Shown: piece by piece, positions 36,376-46,989 of the stretch | How positions within the stretch are numbered: position 1 is the first letter of the stretch | Layout of the letters: every line of letters begins with the position of its first letter | Source of the DNA: an uncultured Bacilli bacterium | Lineage (GTDB): Bacteria; Bacillota_I; Bacilli_A; RF39; UBA660 | Assembly (NCBI GenBank): GCA_944358825.1 | Contig: CALVSA010000003.1 | Location: 1-61,144, forward strand | Length of the DNA: 61,144 nt | Reading direction: 5' to 3' | The notes under the pieces: generated by a model | Database searches by the model: none | What the model was told of the DNA's origin: nothing | What the model saw: only the letters and a program-made list of their open reading frames with translations | Translations under genes and position numbers: made by a program

Positions 36376-37368
36376 ATGTTAACACTGACAAAATCACTGT
36401 TTGCATTAATGATTGGCTTTATTGTTACTATTGTTTTTGCCTTGATTATTATTCCATGGTTGAAAAAAATTAAAGTAGGTCAGCAGATAAATGTTTATGT
36501 TGATGCCCATCGCGCTAAACAGGGAACTCCTACTATGGGAGGTTTAATTTTCATTGTTCCAACATTTATAACGGTATTGCTGATGCTTTTTACTGATAGA
36601 ATAGAATTTTCAACGAATTTATTAATTGTTCTGTTTGTATTTATTTCTTATGCATTGATTGGATTTTTTGATGATTATATAAGTATTAAACGGAGGCGGA
36701 ATAAAGGACTTACACAATTTCAGAAACTGTTATTGCAATTTGTTGTAGCTTTGATATTTTACATTTTATTTTGTGAATATACTAGTGGTGATTCAGTTTT
36801 AGAAATAACTTTACTTAATATAGAATGGGATTTAAATTGGTTTTATGGTATATTTATTTTACTACTTTTAGTAGGTAGTTCTAATGCAGTTAATTTAACT
36901 GATGGACTAGATGGACTTGCAGGTGGATTATCAGTAATTGCTTTTTTGGCTTTCGGTCTTTTATCATGGGGAAGTTATTGGGTTGAAGGCTATCAAGATA
37001 TTGGTATATTTTGCTTCGTGTTAGTTGGTTCGATAATGGGATTTTTAGTATTTAATTCTCATCCTGCTAAAGTTTTTATGGGAGATACTGGGAGTCTTAC
37101 ATTAGGAGCAACATTAGCGACTATTGCAATACTTACTTCTCATGAATTATCACTAGCAGTTATTGGGGGCGTGTTTGTTATTGAGACTTTAACCGTTATT
37201 ATTCAAATATTTTCCGTTATGGTCTTTAAGAAAAAAGTATTTTTAATGACACCAATTCATCATCATTTTGAACGACTTGGATGGAGTGAAAATGATATTG
37301 TTAAGCTTTTTTGGATAGTTGGTTTTATCTTAAGTTTAATTGCGTTAGTTTATGGTGTTTGGCTATAG
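36376..37368 (+). CDS. mraY: Phospho-N-acetylmuramoyl-pentapeptide transferase MraY (intact)
   Basis: KQGTPTMGG, GFFDDY, NAVNLTDGLDGLA, MGDTGSL and TPIHHHFE motifs. 330 aa. Confidence 0.97.
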   Translation: MLTLTKSLFALMIGFIVTIVFALIIIPWLKKIKVGQQINVYVDAHRAKQGTPTMGGLIFIVPTFITVLLMLFTDRIEFSTNLLIVLFVFISYALIGFFDDYISIKRRRNKGLTQFQKLLLQFVVALIFYILFCEYTSGDSVLEITLLNIEWDLNWFYGIFILLLLVGSSNAVNLTDGLDGLAGGLSVIAFLAFGLLSWGSYWVEGYQDIGIFCFVLVGSIMGFLVFNSHPAKVFMGDTGSLTLGATLATIAILTSHELSLAVIGGVFVIETLTVIIQIFSVMVFKKKVFLMTPIHHHFERLGWSENDIVKLFWIVGFILSLIALVYGVWL

Positions 37369-37380
37369 AAAGAGGGGGTT

Positions 37381-38373
37381 ATGAAAAAGGTTGATTATAT
37401 ATTATTAATATTTGTGGTTTTAATTTCACTTTTTGGACTTTTGATGATTTATTCTTCTTCTTATGTATGGTCAGAGTATAAATTTAATGATCCATATAGG
37501 TTTTTAAAGTTGCAATCGATATTTTTAACAATTAGTTATATAGTAATGATTATAGTATCAAATATAGATTATAGGAAATATTTAAATAAAGCAAACATTA
37601 TTTTTGGTGTTTGTTTTATTTTATTGATTTTAGTTTTAATTCCAGGAATCGGAACTGTTAGAAATGGTTCTAGGAGTTGGTTTGGAATAGGTTCTTTTGG
37701 TATACAACCGAGTGAATTTACTAAACTGGCTATGATTATTTTTGTTTCTAAATATCTTACTAATAATGAGAGAATTTTAAAGAACATTAAAAGTGGAGTT
37801 TTGCCTATATTAGGAATATTAATGTTAATATTTTTATTAATTATGCTACAACCGGATTTTGGAACGGGCGTAGTAATAGTTATGACAATTGTTGTATTGC
37901 TTTTTGTAAGTGGAGTGAAAATGAACTTTTTTATAAAATTAGCATCTGTTGGCATTGTTGGAATAACTATATTAATTATGATGGCACCATATAGATTAAA
38001 AAGGATTTTATCGTTTTTAAATCCGTGGGAAGATCCACTAGGTAGTGGTTTTCAGATTATTCAGTCAATGTATGCGATTGGTCCAGGTGGCTTATTAGGT
38101 TTAGGATTAGGAAATTCTATTCAAAAACATTTTTATTTACCAGAACCACAGACAGATTTTATATTTTCTATTATAAGCGAAGAATTTGGTTTTATGGGTG
38201 TTTTGTTAGTAACAGTTTTATTTTTAACAATTATTTATCGCGGATTTAAAATTTCAATGAAATGTGAAGATAAATTTGGCAAATATTTAGCGTTTGGAAT
38301 AACATTTGGATTAGCTTTTCAAGCTTTACTTAATTTAATGGTTGTTGTTGGTTTGATTCCTGTTACTGGGTAA
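37381..38373 (+). CDS. spoVE: N-terminal 330 codons of a split SEDS protein (FtsW/SpoVE family)
   Basis: GSRSWFGIGSFGIQPSEFTKL, QPDFGT, and NPWEDPLGSGFQIIQS. The ORF ends ...GLIPVTG followed by a stop codon from the inserted DNA. The conserved C-terminal PFxSYGGSS is missing here. Confidence 0.9.
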   Translation: MKKVDYILLIFVVLISLFGLLMIYSSSYVWSEYKFNDPYRFLKLQSIFLTISYIVMIIVSNIDYRKYLNKANIIFGVCFILLILVLIPGIGTVRNGSRSWFGIGSFGIQPSEFTKLAMIIFVSKYLTNNERILKNIKSGVLPILGILMLIFLLIMLQPDFGTGVVIVMTIVVLLFVSGVKMNFFIKLASVGIVGITILIMMAPYRLKRILSFLNPWEDPLGSGFQIIQSMYAIGPGGLLGLGLGNSIQKHFYLPEPQTDFIFSIISEEFGFMGVLLVTVLFLTIIYRGFKISMKCEDKFGKYLAFGITFGLAFQALLNLMVVVGLIPVTG

Positions 38374-38409
38374 ACATTGCAAGGTAACTGATTACGACAA
38401 ACAAATTTT

Positions 38410-38428
38410 TCCCTTATTTTATAAGGGA
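38410..38428 (+). terminator. Hairpin just inside the left end of element 2 (possible read-through terminator)
   Basis: TCCCTTAT-ttt-ATAAGGGA 8-bp stem. The downstream T-tract is weak. Confidence 0.35.
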
Positions 38429-38661
38429 TTGGGAGTTTTTAATCTAATTTCCAAAGATAAAAAATATATAAAAAATGCTAAAATTTATAAAAAATCAAAA
38501 AAATTACAGATAAAAAATGAAGGTAACATTACCATTACTGCAAAGAAGTTGTTTTGGTAGTATAAAGAGTTTTGCATATAAGATTAAATAAAGATATTCA
38601 AATATATTGATTTATTTATTTTTTTTTGATAATATAAATAGCAGTAAATGAGGTGTTGTGT

Positions 38662-39885
38662 ATGTATGATGAGTTAGATGATTTTGTTCGTAAGGATTTG
38701 CCAATGCGATTTAACGAATTCGATTTGTTAAAGACGCAATTTTCAAGAATTATTAATTTATTTGAAGGTAAGATTTTGCCGCCATATGAAATTCTTATTC
38801 ATCCATCAAGTGTATGTAATTTGAATTGTGAATGGTGTATTGGAAGTTTTGTTGCTAATAAAAAGAGTTCAAATAAATTGTTAAAAAACAATTTGATGAA
38901 TTTAAATAATATGAAAAAAGTTGTAGACGGCATTATTTCTTATAGGAAGATGGGGATTAATTATTGGACAGGAAAAGAAGAAGAGTTTAAGGTTAATAAT
39001 GTTTCCTTTTCAGGTATAACAGGAGAGCCATTTATAGCAAAAGAATCTATTTTATATGCAATTAATAAATTATCAGAAAATGGAATAAGAGTGGGTGTCT
39101 TTACTAATGGTACTTTAATAGATAGAGATATGTATGATATAATATTAAAAATGGGGTATATATTAATTAGTCTTGATGCAGGTAACTCAATAACTTATTC
39201 TAAGTTAAAATGTTTAAATGATGACAAAAATATTTTTGAAAAAGTAATAAATACGATAAAAGAATTAAATATAAAGAAAAAAGAGTTAAATAGTTCTACA
39301 GATATAAATATAGGATATGTAATTAATCATTATAATTACAAAGAAATATATGATATTGCTCAAAAGTTAAAAAAAATAGGTGTTCATTATTTAAGATTCA
39401 AAACAGATATAGCCTCACTTATGAATATGACAGAAGAAGAAAGAACTTTCGCTAAATCTGAAATAACCCGTTCAAAAAAAGATTTAGAAGATGATAATTT
39501 TAAGATTGTAGAAATTCATAATGTATTAGATGATAGAAAAAAAACAAGAAGTTTTAAAAAGTGCTTTGTTCATTATTTGATTGGCAATATATCAGCGGAT
39601 GGAAATGTTTATCCATGCAATTATCATCCAAAACCGAATGGTTATTATTTTAACTCTGCAATAACTGAAGATTTTGGTCAAATTTGGGATGATATTCCTG
39701 AAAATATTATAGACAAAGATATTCCTAGTATATGTCCAGAAGTATGTGATCCTTTCAAAAATAGGGCTAATAAACTTTTAGAGATTACATATGAAATATA
39801 TCGAAACAAAGGAATTGAATATTTAAAAAAATGTATTGAACATACTTCATCTAAAATAAAAGAAACAGGGAACGTTAGAAAATAA
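38662..39885 (+). CDS. Radical SAM enzyme (about 407 aa) with a Cys-containing C-terminal region
   Basis: HPSSVCNLNCEWCIG (CxxxCxxC), FSGITGEPF, and later cysteines (KKCF, YPCNY, ICPEVCDPF). ATG 38662 follows the SD tgaggtg. Confidence 0.8.
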   Translation: MYDELDDFVRKDLPMRFNEFDLLKTQFSRIINLFEGKILPPYEILIHPSSVCNLNCEWCIGSFVANKKSSNKLLKNNLMNLNNMKKVVDGIISYRKMGINYWTGKEEEFKVNNVSFSGITGEPFIAKESILYAINKLSENGIRVGVFTNGTLIDRDMYDIILKMGYILISLDAGNSITYSKLKCLNDDKNIFEKVINTIKELNIKKKELNSSTDINIGYVINHYNYKEIYDIAQKLKKIGVHYLRFKTDIASLMNMTEEERTFAKSEITRSKKDLEDDNFKIVEIHNVLDDRKKTRSFKKCFVHYLIGNISADGNVYPCNYHPKPNGYYFNSAITEDFGQIWDDIPENIIDKDIPSICPEVCDPFKNRANKLLEITYEIYRNKGIEYLKKCIEHTSSKIKETGNVRK

Positions 39886-39897
39886 ATTATCTATTTT

Positions 39898-40878
39898 CTA
39901 ACGTTCCTTTAATATATCATCAATATAATTTTGAATTATGTAGGCATCTTTTAATGATGCTATATTGTGATTGTATTTTTTATCAAATATTAATTTATCT
40001 AATTCCTTGACTGCTTCTAGTCCCCATACTTTGGTTTTAGGAAAACTATACTTTTTTATGATTTTGTTATTTTTATTAAGAATATAAATAGTTGAATCTC
40101 TATTAATGGAAGTTTTAATATTTTTGTTATAGCATTTAATAAGAAGAATATCCTTATCAGACGTTGCATTTAAATCGAAATGCAATTTACAAGGAATATT
40201 TTGCATTTGGAATTCGGCGATAACATTACTTTCACAATTATGTTCTTTTTGCTCATATAAAACATTGCTTTTGATATTTTTAAATTCTCCAAAGATATAG
40301 TAGAGTACATCCAAAATGTGAGGTGAAATATCAAAAAAACGACCACCGCCAGAAATTTCTTTTTTATATATCCAACTATTTTGAATTAATTTTTGATCAT
40401 ATATACGCGAAAAATATCCTTCAATACTCAATATTTCACTGTATTTTTTTGACATTATTATTTTTTTAAGTTTTTTTATTTGAGGTGTTAATCTTTTATA
40501 ATGTGCAACAAAAACTTTAGTTGATTTCTTTTTATATAGATTAAGTATTGATTTCGCTTGTTTAGAGTTTAAAACAAAAGGTTTTTCAACATAGATTAGT
40601 TGTAGGTTATAATTTGCCAAAATTTTTAAATAGTCATAATGAAATTTTGGAGGAGTGCAAATATAAATTGCGTCAATAGACTCATTTTTTAGCATTCTAT
40701 ATACGTCATCATATTCATGACAATTTTTCAAATTGAGTTTGTGAATTGCGTTGATTGAATGTTCTAATTTAGTTGTACAAATAGCGGCAATTTCATTTTT
40801 ATTGTTGATAAAGGGAGATGTTTTATTTTTAAGTATTACCTTGCCACATCCAATTAATGCCCATTTTACTTTTTTCAT
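39898..40878 (-). CDS. Gfo/Idh/MocA-family NAD(P)-dependent oxidoreductase
   Basis: N-terminal Rossmann WALIGCGKV, AIYICTPPKFHYDY, and the YVEKPF motif. Confidence 0.8.
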   Translation of the reverse strand: MKKVKWALIGCGKVILKNKTSPFINNKNEIAAICTTKLEHSINAIHKLNLKNCHEYDDVYRMLKNESIDAIYICTPPKFHYDYLKILANYNLQLIYVEKPFVLNSKQAKSILNLYKKKSTKVFVAHYKRLTPQIKKLKKIIMSKKYSEILSIEGYFSRIYDQKLIQNSWIYKKEISGGGRFFDISPHILDVLYYIFGEFKNIKSNVLYEQKEHNCESNVIAEFQMQNIPCKLHFDLNATSDKDILLIKCYNKNIKTSINRDSTIYILNKNNKIIKKYSFPKTKVWGLEAVKELDKLIFDKKYNHNIASLKDAYIIQNYIDDILKER

Positions 40879-40983
40879 ATTTTCTCCTTTTGGATATTAT
40901 ATCATTTTTTTATAAAAATATAAATCTTTTTTGTTGAGATTATTTTATTAAAATAGTATAATTATATTGTAAAGGAGGACTTT

Positions 40984-41442
40984 ATGAGACAACCACATCA
41001 AATATTAGCTTTTCCATATAAGAAAGATAACGATGGAAATTATTTATATGGTATTTTTTGTAGAGCTGGAAAGACAGAAAGATGGCAAGGAATAGCTGGG
41101 GGAGTAGAAGAAGGAGAAAGCTTTTTAGAAGCATGCAAAAGGGAAGCAAATGAAGAGGCTGGTATAAGTTATGATGCATCAGTTGTTGAATTAAAATCTA
41201 TGTGTACAATGCCAGTTGTTAATGTAACTAAAGAATTTTTATGGGGAGAGAATGTTTATTTAATATATGAGCATTGTTTTGGTATTGATGCTACAAATGA
41301 GACCATAATATTATCACACGAGCATACAAAAATGGAATGGTTATTATTCGAGGATGCAAAGGCAAAACTTAAATGGGATAGTAATAAAAATGCCTTATGG
41401 GAGCTTAATTGGAAATTGATAAATAATAAACTTGATATATAA
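40984..41442 (+). CDS. Nudix hydrolase, NudB-like (copy A)
   Basis: Nudix box GGVEEGESFLEACKREANEEAG. The overall pattern (WQGIAGG..., KWDSNKNALWEL) resembles E. coli NudB as I recall it. Confidence 0.8.
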   Translation: MRQPHQILAFPYKKDNDGNYLYGIFCRAGKTERWQGIAGGVEEGESFLEACKREANEEAGISYDASVVELKSMCTMPVVNVTKEFLWGENVYLIYEHCFGIDATNETIILSHEHTKMEWLLFEDAKAKLKWDSNKNALWELNWKLINNKLDI

Positions 41443-41504
41443 TTTTTAATTGATTTTTCTTTATAAAAGCTTTATAATATACTGCGATAGCTGGTGGTGA
41501 GTAT

Positions 41505-42302
41505 ATGAAATATGATTTACATATTCATTCAACTATATCTGATGGAAAATTATCAAGAGAAGAAATAATAAAAATAGCGATTAAAAAAGAACTAGAGTTC
41601 ATTTCTTTTACCGAACATAATTCTTTTGAGTCTGTTTTATCACATGATGAAATTAATATAATTAATGGAATTGAATTTGATTCAATATTTAAAAGATCGT
41701 TCCATCTTTTATGTTATTTTCCTAATTATGATAGCGGTATTAGTTATCTTATAAATAAATATAGAGATAACACTAATGATTGTAGTAATATGTTGATAAA
41801 GAAAATAAACCAAGTTTTTAATATTTCTTTTTCGCTTGAAGAATTGATGCATTTTTTTAATAAACAATTTATAACAAAAAGGGATATAATAGATTGGCTT
41901 ATATTTAACAGATATGCAGAAAGTGTAAGCAAAGCTGCCGATATCTATACAAACAAAAAAGCACAGAGTTATGTTCCCAAATACTCTTTGCCTTTCCAAG
42001 AAGTGGCAAGTGTGATAAAAAATATTGGAGGTTATATGTTTCTTGCTCATCCTGTATCTTTAAATTATGATGATAGTGAACTTGAAGAATTTGTTTTACT
42101 TTTGAAAGAAAATGGCTTGGATGGTATAGAAATTGTTAATTCCTCAAAAATGTCTTTGATTGAAACAAAAAAATATAAAAAAATGGCACATAGATACGGG
42201 TTGTTAACGTGTGGTGGTAGTGATTTTCATGATTTCACCAAGCATGATATTGGTGTTGATGGAGATGAATCGGAAGTTTTAATTAGAAAGTTAAAGAAAT
42301 AA
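41505..42302 (+). CDS. PHP-domain phosphoesterase (TrpH/YciV-like), copy A
   Basis: YDLHIHSTISDG, FTEHNS, AHP and GGSDFH metal-ligand motifs. Confidence 0.8.
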   Translation: MKYDLHIHSTISDGKLSREEIIKIAIKKELEFISFTEHNSFESVLSHDEINIINGIEFDSIFKRSFHLLCYFPNYDSGISYLINKYRDNTNDCSNMLIKKINQVFNISFSLEELMHFFNKQFITKRDIIDWLIFNRYAESVSKAADIYTNKKAQSYVPKYSLPFQEVASVIKNIGGYMFLAHPVSLNYDDSELEEFVLLLKENGLDGIEIVNSSKMSLIETKKYKKMAHRYGLLTCGGSDFHDFTKHDIGVDGDESEVLIRKLKK

Positions 42303-42307
42303 ATCTT

Positions 42308-43255
42308 CTAATCTAGAGAATTTATTCTTATCTCGTTTAGTTGTTCTATCGAAAAAACTTTTTCGTTAAATAATAGACTATATTCATCAAATAAGGAATT
42401 TTCAAATATTAATTGATCATCTGTATTAATTGTAACTTTTAAACCATATTCATACATCTTTTTAATTGGGTGACTTTTTATATCTTCAACTCGACACAAT
42501 TTTAAGTTACTAATAGGGCATACGTTAAATTGGACATTTTTATTTTTGGCATATTTCATAATTTTTTCATCATTTATAATAGAAATACCATGTTGAACAA
42601 CATTTAAATGTAAAGTTTTGATTGCTTCATATACGTCATATGCAGTTCCAAATTCACCGACGTGTGCTTTTCTTTTTAAATTTCTTTTTTTGGCGTGTTT
42701 ATATATGTTTTTAAAAATATATATTGGTTTTGATAACTCATCGCCAAATATATCTATTCCATTAAAGATAGTACTATCTATTAATTCCATGATAATAGCA
42801 TCATGTTCTATTTTATAGGCATTTCTGCTAATTCCTAAATCATAGTGTATTTTAATTTTATCTTTATATTTTTCTTTTATTTTTATTAGGTCATGAATAT
42901 ATTTTTCTGATTGGTTATCATAAACTTCGTAAACCAATCTATAATCGACACTCATTTCTAGTATTGATATTCCATCATTAATTGCTGTTAATATTGTACA
43001 TTCAAATAATGTTAATTGACCTTGCTTTGTTGTAGAAATTTTTATAATATTATTTTTTATAAAATTTGTGAGAGAGGTTATGTCTTCATTTTGGGTGAAG
43101 TGTTCTAAATTAAATTGTGGAAACTTTAAGGAAAAAAAATTTCTGTTTGAACCTAAAAGAGCGTGATTATGTAAATCTCCTTTAGGTAAGTTATTAAAAA
43201 GTTCTTTATTGTTTTCTAATATAGAAGTTTTAAAAATATTAAAATCATTTTGCAT
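42308..43255 (-). CDS. Adenosine/AMP-deaminase-family amidohydrolase (short, 315 aa)
   Basis: GDLHNHA, AHVGEFG, VQHGI and TINTDDQLIF motifs. Confidence 0.7.
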   Translation of the reverse strand: MQNDFNIFKTSILENNKELFNNLPKGDLHNHALLGSNRNFFSLKFPQFNLEHFTQNEDITSLTNFIKNNIIKISTTKQGQLTLFECTILTAINDGISILEMSVDYRLVYEVYDNQSEKYIHDLIKIKEKYKDKIKIHYDLGISRNAYKIEHDAIIMELIDSTIFNGIDIFGDELSKPIYIFKNIYKHAKKRNLKRKAHVGEFGTAYDVYEAIKTLHLNVVQHGISIINDEKIMKYAKNKNVQFNVCPISNLKLCRVEDIKSHPIKKMYEYGLKVTINTDDQLIFENSLFDEYSLLFNEKVFSIEQLNEIRINSLD

Positions 43256-43382
43256 AATGAGTCCCTCTTTTATAAAGATTATAACATATTCTGTACATTA
43301 ATAAAACTACAAAATATAGCAAAGAGATTGCAAATTATAAAAAATAGTTGTAAAATAATAAAAAGTTAAGGGGGAATGTCAT

Positions 43383-44195
43383 GTGAATAGAATAAACCTT
43401 CATATTCATTCTGTTGCATCCGATGGTATTTTATCAGGAGTTGAGGTTGTCAAAAAAGCATCTTATGAGAAACTTAAATATATTTCCATAACTGACCATG
43501 ATTCTATTGGCGAAGTACAAAATGCCATTAATTATTCTAAATCAACAAATGTTATTGTAATCCCAGGAGTCGAACTGACGGCTGATTATCCAAATGGTAA
43601 ATGTCATATTTTAGGTTATGGCATTTCACTAGAAATAATTGAAAAGTTTTCCAAACGAATTAGGGAAAGTCGAATAAAAAAAGCAAGGAAGTTAATTGAA
43701 ATGTTAGTAAATAGTGGCTATGAAATAACCTATAATGAGGTGTTAGAAGTTTGTTTAAATGGAGTGATAGGCAGAAGAGATATAGCCAGAATATTATCAA
43801 AGCATGGATATTTTGATAACGAAGATGAAGCAATAAAATCATTGCTTTCTCGAGGTGGAAAATATTATATTGAAACCCCAAAAAATAAAATAGAAGATTG
43901 CATTTCAATAATAAAAGAGAGTGGAGGTATTTCGGTAATAGCACATCCATGGACGTTAAATTTGACGTTAGCAGAATTAAGGAAATTCCTTATTCTATAC
44001 AAGTTTGAAGGGATAGAAACATACAATCATAATATTTCGGAAAAATTATATGAGCAACTAAATAATCTTGCGGTTGAATTGAATCTTTATAAAACTTGCG
44101 GAACAGATTATCATGGTCAAAAAGGGTTAAATGAGTTTATTGTAAACAAAAATGTGGATTGCACTAGGATCCTGCGGAAGATATGTGGTGATTAA
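43383..44195 (+). CDS. PHP-domain phosphoesterase (TrpH/YciV-like), copy B
   Basis: INLHIHSVASDG, ITDHDS, IAHP and GTDYHG motifs. GTG start after the SD aaggggga. Confidence 0.8.
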   Translation: MNRINLHIHSVASDGILSGVEVVKKASYEKLKYISITDHDSIGEVQNAINYSKSTNVIVIPGVELTADYPNGKCHILGYGISLEIIEKFSKRIRESRIKKARKLIEMLVNSGYEITYNEVLEVCLNGVIGRRDIARILSKHGYFDNEDEAIKSLLSRGGKYYIETPKNKIEDCISIIKESGGISVIAHPWTLNLTLAELRKFLILYKFEGIETYNHNISEKLYEQLNNLAVELNLYKTCGTDYHGQKGLNEFIVNKNVDCTRILRKICGD

Positions 44196-44196
44196 A

Positions 44197-45075
44197 ATGA
44201 ATGAAACATTGGGACTAATTATAAAAAAACATGGTATTGCTGAACAGTTTGTTAACGCAAAACTAATGGACAAAGAAAATAGAATTTTTATGAGTGATAA
44301 TTATGTTATAAAAATTTATTATCCAAAGAAATTTCAATATTATTATAATGAATTAGAGGTATATCAAAAATTATTTGGAAAAGACTATTTGCCAAAATTA
44401 TACCAATATGGAGAAGAAGAATCATACAAATATATTATTATATCTAAATTATATGGGCGATCATTGTTTGATTGTTGGGATAGCTATTCATACAAAGATA
44501 GAATAAATTTTATAGAACAAATTTCAAGGGTTTTGAGAGATATTAATAATATTAAAAAAACACCTATAGATTTTAAGCCAATACTTGATGCAAAATTTCA
44601 AACTGCAATAAGTGGTGTAAATTTTTCTAAAGAATATAAAACTTTTTTGAAAGAAACATATAATTATTATGTAAATTACATACAGAAACAAGAATCTGGA
44701 AGCTTAATTCATGTAGATGTTCATTTTTATAACTTTTTTGTAAGTAACGGTAAAATATTTGCTTACGATTTTGAAAACACTATGATTGCTCCTCTTGATT
44801 ACCAATTGTTGCGTTGGTATAGGATGTGGAAATATCCTGAAACATTTTTTTATCCAAAAAACAGCTTAAATTCTATTCAAAAAAGAACTTATGAAATTAT
44901 AATGCCTTCAATGTTAAAATTTTATCCAGAATTATTTAGTTGTTCCAATTTTGAGGAACGAATGAAATTATATTTATTAGTGTATTTATTGGAAGAAGCA
45001 AAAAGATGTAATCTATCTGAGAAAAAGATAAGTGAATATATTTCTGAAAATAGAAGAGTAAGAATAAGAGGTTAA
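44197..45075 (+). CDS. APH-family phosphotransferase
   Basis: LIHVDVHFYNFFVSNGKIFAYDFE catalytic/Mg-binding motif. I prefer ATG 44197. Confidence 0.65.
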   Translation: MNETLGLIIKKHGIAEQFVNAKLMDKENRIFMSDNYVIKIYYPKKFQYYYNELEVYQKLFGKDYLPKLYQYGEEESYKYIIISKLYGRSLFDCWDSYSYKDRINFIEQISRVLRDINNIKKTPIDFKPILDAKFQTAISGVNFSKEYKTFLKETYNYYVNYIQKQESGSLIHVDVHFYNFFVSNGKIFAYDFENTMIAPLDYQLLRWYRMWKYPETFFYPKNSLNSIQKRTYEIIMPSMLKFYPELFSCSNFEERMKLYLLVYLLEEAKRCNLSEKKISEYISENRRVRIRG

Positions 45076-45077
45076 TT

Positions 45078-46055
45078 ATGGTTTATGAGTTGAATAATTT
45101 TTTTGTTAGTTTTTCCTTATTGTGGGATCAAGAAATAAACTTAACTCTTTTAAAAGAATATTTAGGAGAGTATGCAATAGTTGAAAGAGTTACTAATTTA
45201 TCAGGACAATATGACTTGGCTATTTGTTTCATAGATGAAAATAATAGTTTATTTGATACAAATATATACATGATTGATAAGCACAAAGCGAGATTTGTAA
45301 ATAATCAATTATTCATTGGAAGGAAAGAGGTAAATAGTGAAGAAATACTATTTACTAAACGATTATTGATAGATTTAATTAATAGATTTTTTGAACGTAA
45401 AGGAGGTGTTTTTTTACATTCTTCCTCGGTTGTCTCTGAAGGAAATACAGTTCTTTTTATAGGCGATAAGGGAACTGGAAAAACAACAAACATGTTATAT
45501 TTATTAAATAATTATAATTTAGCATATTCCTCTAATGAGAGAACAGGGTTAATATTGAGTAGTGATAAAATTGTCTCATATGGAAATCCTGCAAGGATAA
45601 ACGTTCGTGCGAACACATTAAAATTGAATAAATTGTTGAAAGATAAGTTATGGGATTGTATTGATAAAAGTAAATATCAACAGTTCATAACTACTAATTT
45701 ATCCAGGGATTGCAGCGAAAGATTAGTAATTAGTTTTAATGATTTAGCTAATAAATTAGGGGTTCAGATTGTTCCTAGTTCAAAGCTGAAAATAATATTT
45801 AATTTAATATATGAGCCCAATATTGTGTTTGATTTTGAAGAAGTTGAATACAAGGAAATGAAACATTTTATAGAAAGTTCTGTAATTGATGGCGTTTTTC
45901 CGCAAAGAGAAGTTTTAAACAAAATTTTTCCGATTCATGCGACAGATGTAAAAGATATTTTAGATAGTGATGAAATATGTTATTATAATATATATCAAGA
46001 TGGGACAAGAGATAATAGTTCAGAAGTCTATAAAATATTAAAAAGGAAAATGTAA
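45078..46055 (+). CDS. HPr-kinase-like P-loop protein (HprK-related kinase family)
   Basis: FLHSSSVVSEGNTVLFIGDKGTGKTT resembles the HprK catalytic-domain P-loop context. Confidence 0.5.
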   Translation: MVYELNNFFVSFSLLWDQEINLTLLKEYLGEYAIVERVTNLSGQYDLAICFIDENNSLFDTNIYMIDKHKARFVNNQLFIGRKEVNSEEILFTKRLLIDLINRFFERKGGVFLHSSSVVSEGNTVLFIGDKGTGKTTNMLYLLNNYNLAYSSNERTGLILSSDKIVSYGNPARINVRANTLKLNKLLKDKLWDCIDKSKYQQFITTNLSRDCSERLVISFNDLANKLGVQIVPSSKLKIIFNLIYEPNIVFDFEEVEYKEMKHFIESSVIDGVFPQREVLNKIFPIHATDVKDILDSDEICYYNIYQDGTRDNSSEVYKILKRKM

Positions 46056-46056
46056 T

Positions 46057-46989
46057 ATGGAACAAATTGATAATATAATGAAATCTTACAGTATAGATCT
46101 TACAAGTTATAAATCATTATCAAAGGGATATGCATCTAGGAAATGGATTATTGTTGATAAAAATAAGAATAGATACCTTCTTAAGGAAATAAAGAATCAA
46201 TCTATAAATAGATTGTGTAAAATATTGCAGGTTCAGTCTAAACTATATGATTTTTCTCCCAAAATAATTAAAACTAAAAATAATGAATTATATGTTAATT
46301 ATGAGTATAATAGTTACTATTTAAGTGAATTTATTGAAAGTGAAAGGTTGGATGTGATTTCTCATGTGCGGGATATTGGACTTTTTCTTGCTATGTTGCA
46401 TAAAAAAATGTTCGAGGTAAAAAATATTCATACTACTTTCTTAAAAGTGGAAAATAATTTAATTATATTAAATGAATATTTAAAATATCACAAATTACAT
46501 AATCATACTGAATATGTTGAAATAATTAAGTATAAGTTATCTATTTTGGGAAAATTAAAAATTACTGATATTAATTTTAATAATTTAACAAAACAGATTA
46601 TTCATGGTGATTTTTATGGTGATAATATTCTTTATACTAATTCCTCGTATAAAATTGTAGATTTTGATCAGTGTTGTGAGTTTTATAAAGAATATGAAGT
46701 ATTAAGGGGTATGTTTATGTTATTTAGTGATTCTTTATTGAGCAAAGAAGAATTATATCGAATGAAGGAATTTATTGATGGATATTATACTTTAGAAAAG
46801 ATAAAATCGCCAAAAGATGCATACAATTTGTATTTATATATTCAAGCAAATAGTTTATCTAGTATTAAACCTGATGATTATGGCAAGTATGAAAAAATGA
46901 GTTTTGCAAAAAAGAGATTTAGGATATTAAAATGTTTAGTAGAAAATAAAGAGAATGTAATGAAAATTTTAGAAGGAGATTATAGATGA
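46057..46989 (+). CDS. APH/homoserine-kinase-type-II-family phosphotransferase
   Basis: IIHGDFYGDNILY...KIVDFDQ motif. Confidence 0.7.
   Translation: MEQIDNIMKSYSIDLTSYKSLSKGYASRKWIIVDKNKNRYLLKEIKNQSINRLCKILQVQSKLYDFSPKIIKTKNNELYVNYEYNSYYLSEFIESERLDVISHVRDIGLFLAMLHKKMFEVKNIHTTFLKVENNLIILNEYLKYHKLHNHTEYVEIIKYKLSILGKLKITDINFNNLTKQIIHGDFYGDNILYTNSSYKIVDFDQCCEFYKEYEVLRGMFMLFSDSLLSKEELYRMKEFIDGYYTLEKIKSPKDAYNLYLYIQANSLSSIKPDDYGKYEKMSFAKKRFRILKCLVENKENVMKILEGDYR

Noticed and set aside
36376-37368. Direct functional link between the cargo islands and mraY as the target of a nucleoside antibiotic
   Set aside because: It is an attractive coincidence. The simpler explanation is that the elements target spoVD and spoVE, which flank mraY in dcw clusters. 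I keep it only as a flagged speculation inside the element 2 finding.
25663-39885. Calling either radical SAM enzyme a prokaryotic viperin (pVip)
   Set aside because: Both have the CxxxCxxC cluster. However, I do not see the viperin-type context or C-terminal motifs I remember. The element 1 enzyme has a Cys-rich SPASM/twitch-like tail. Without a profile search the assignment would be a guess, so I kept only the generic radical SAM call.
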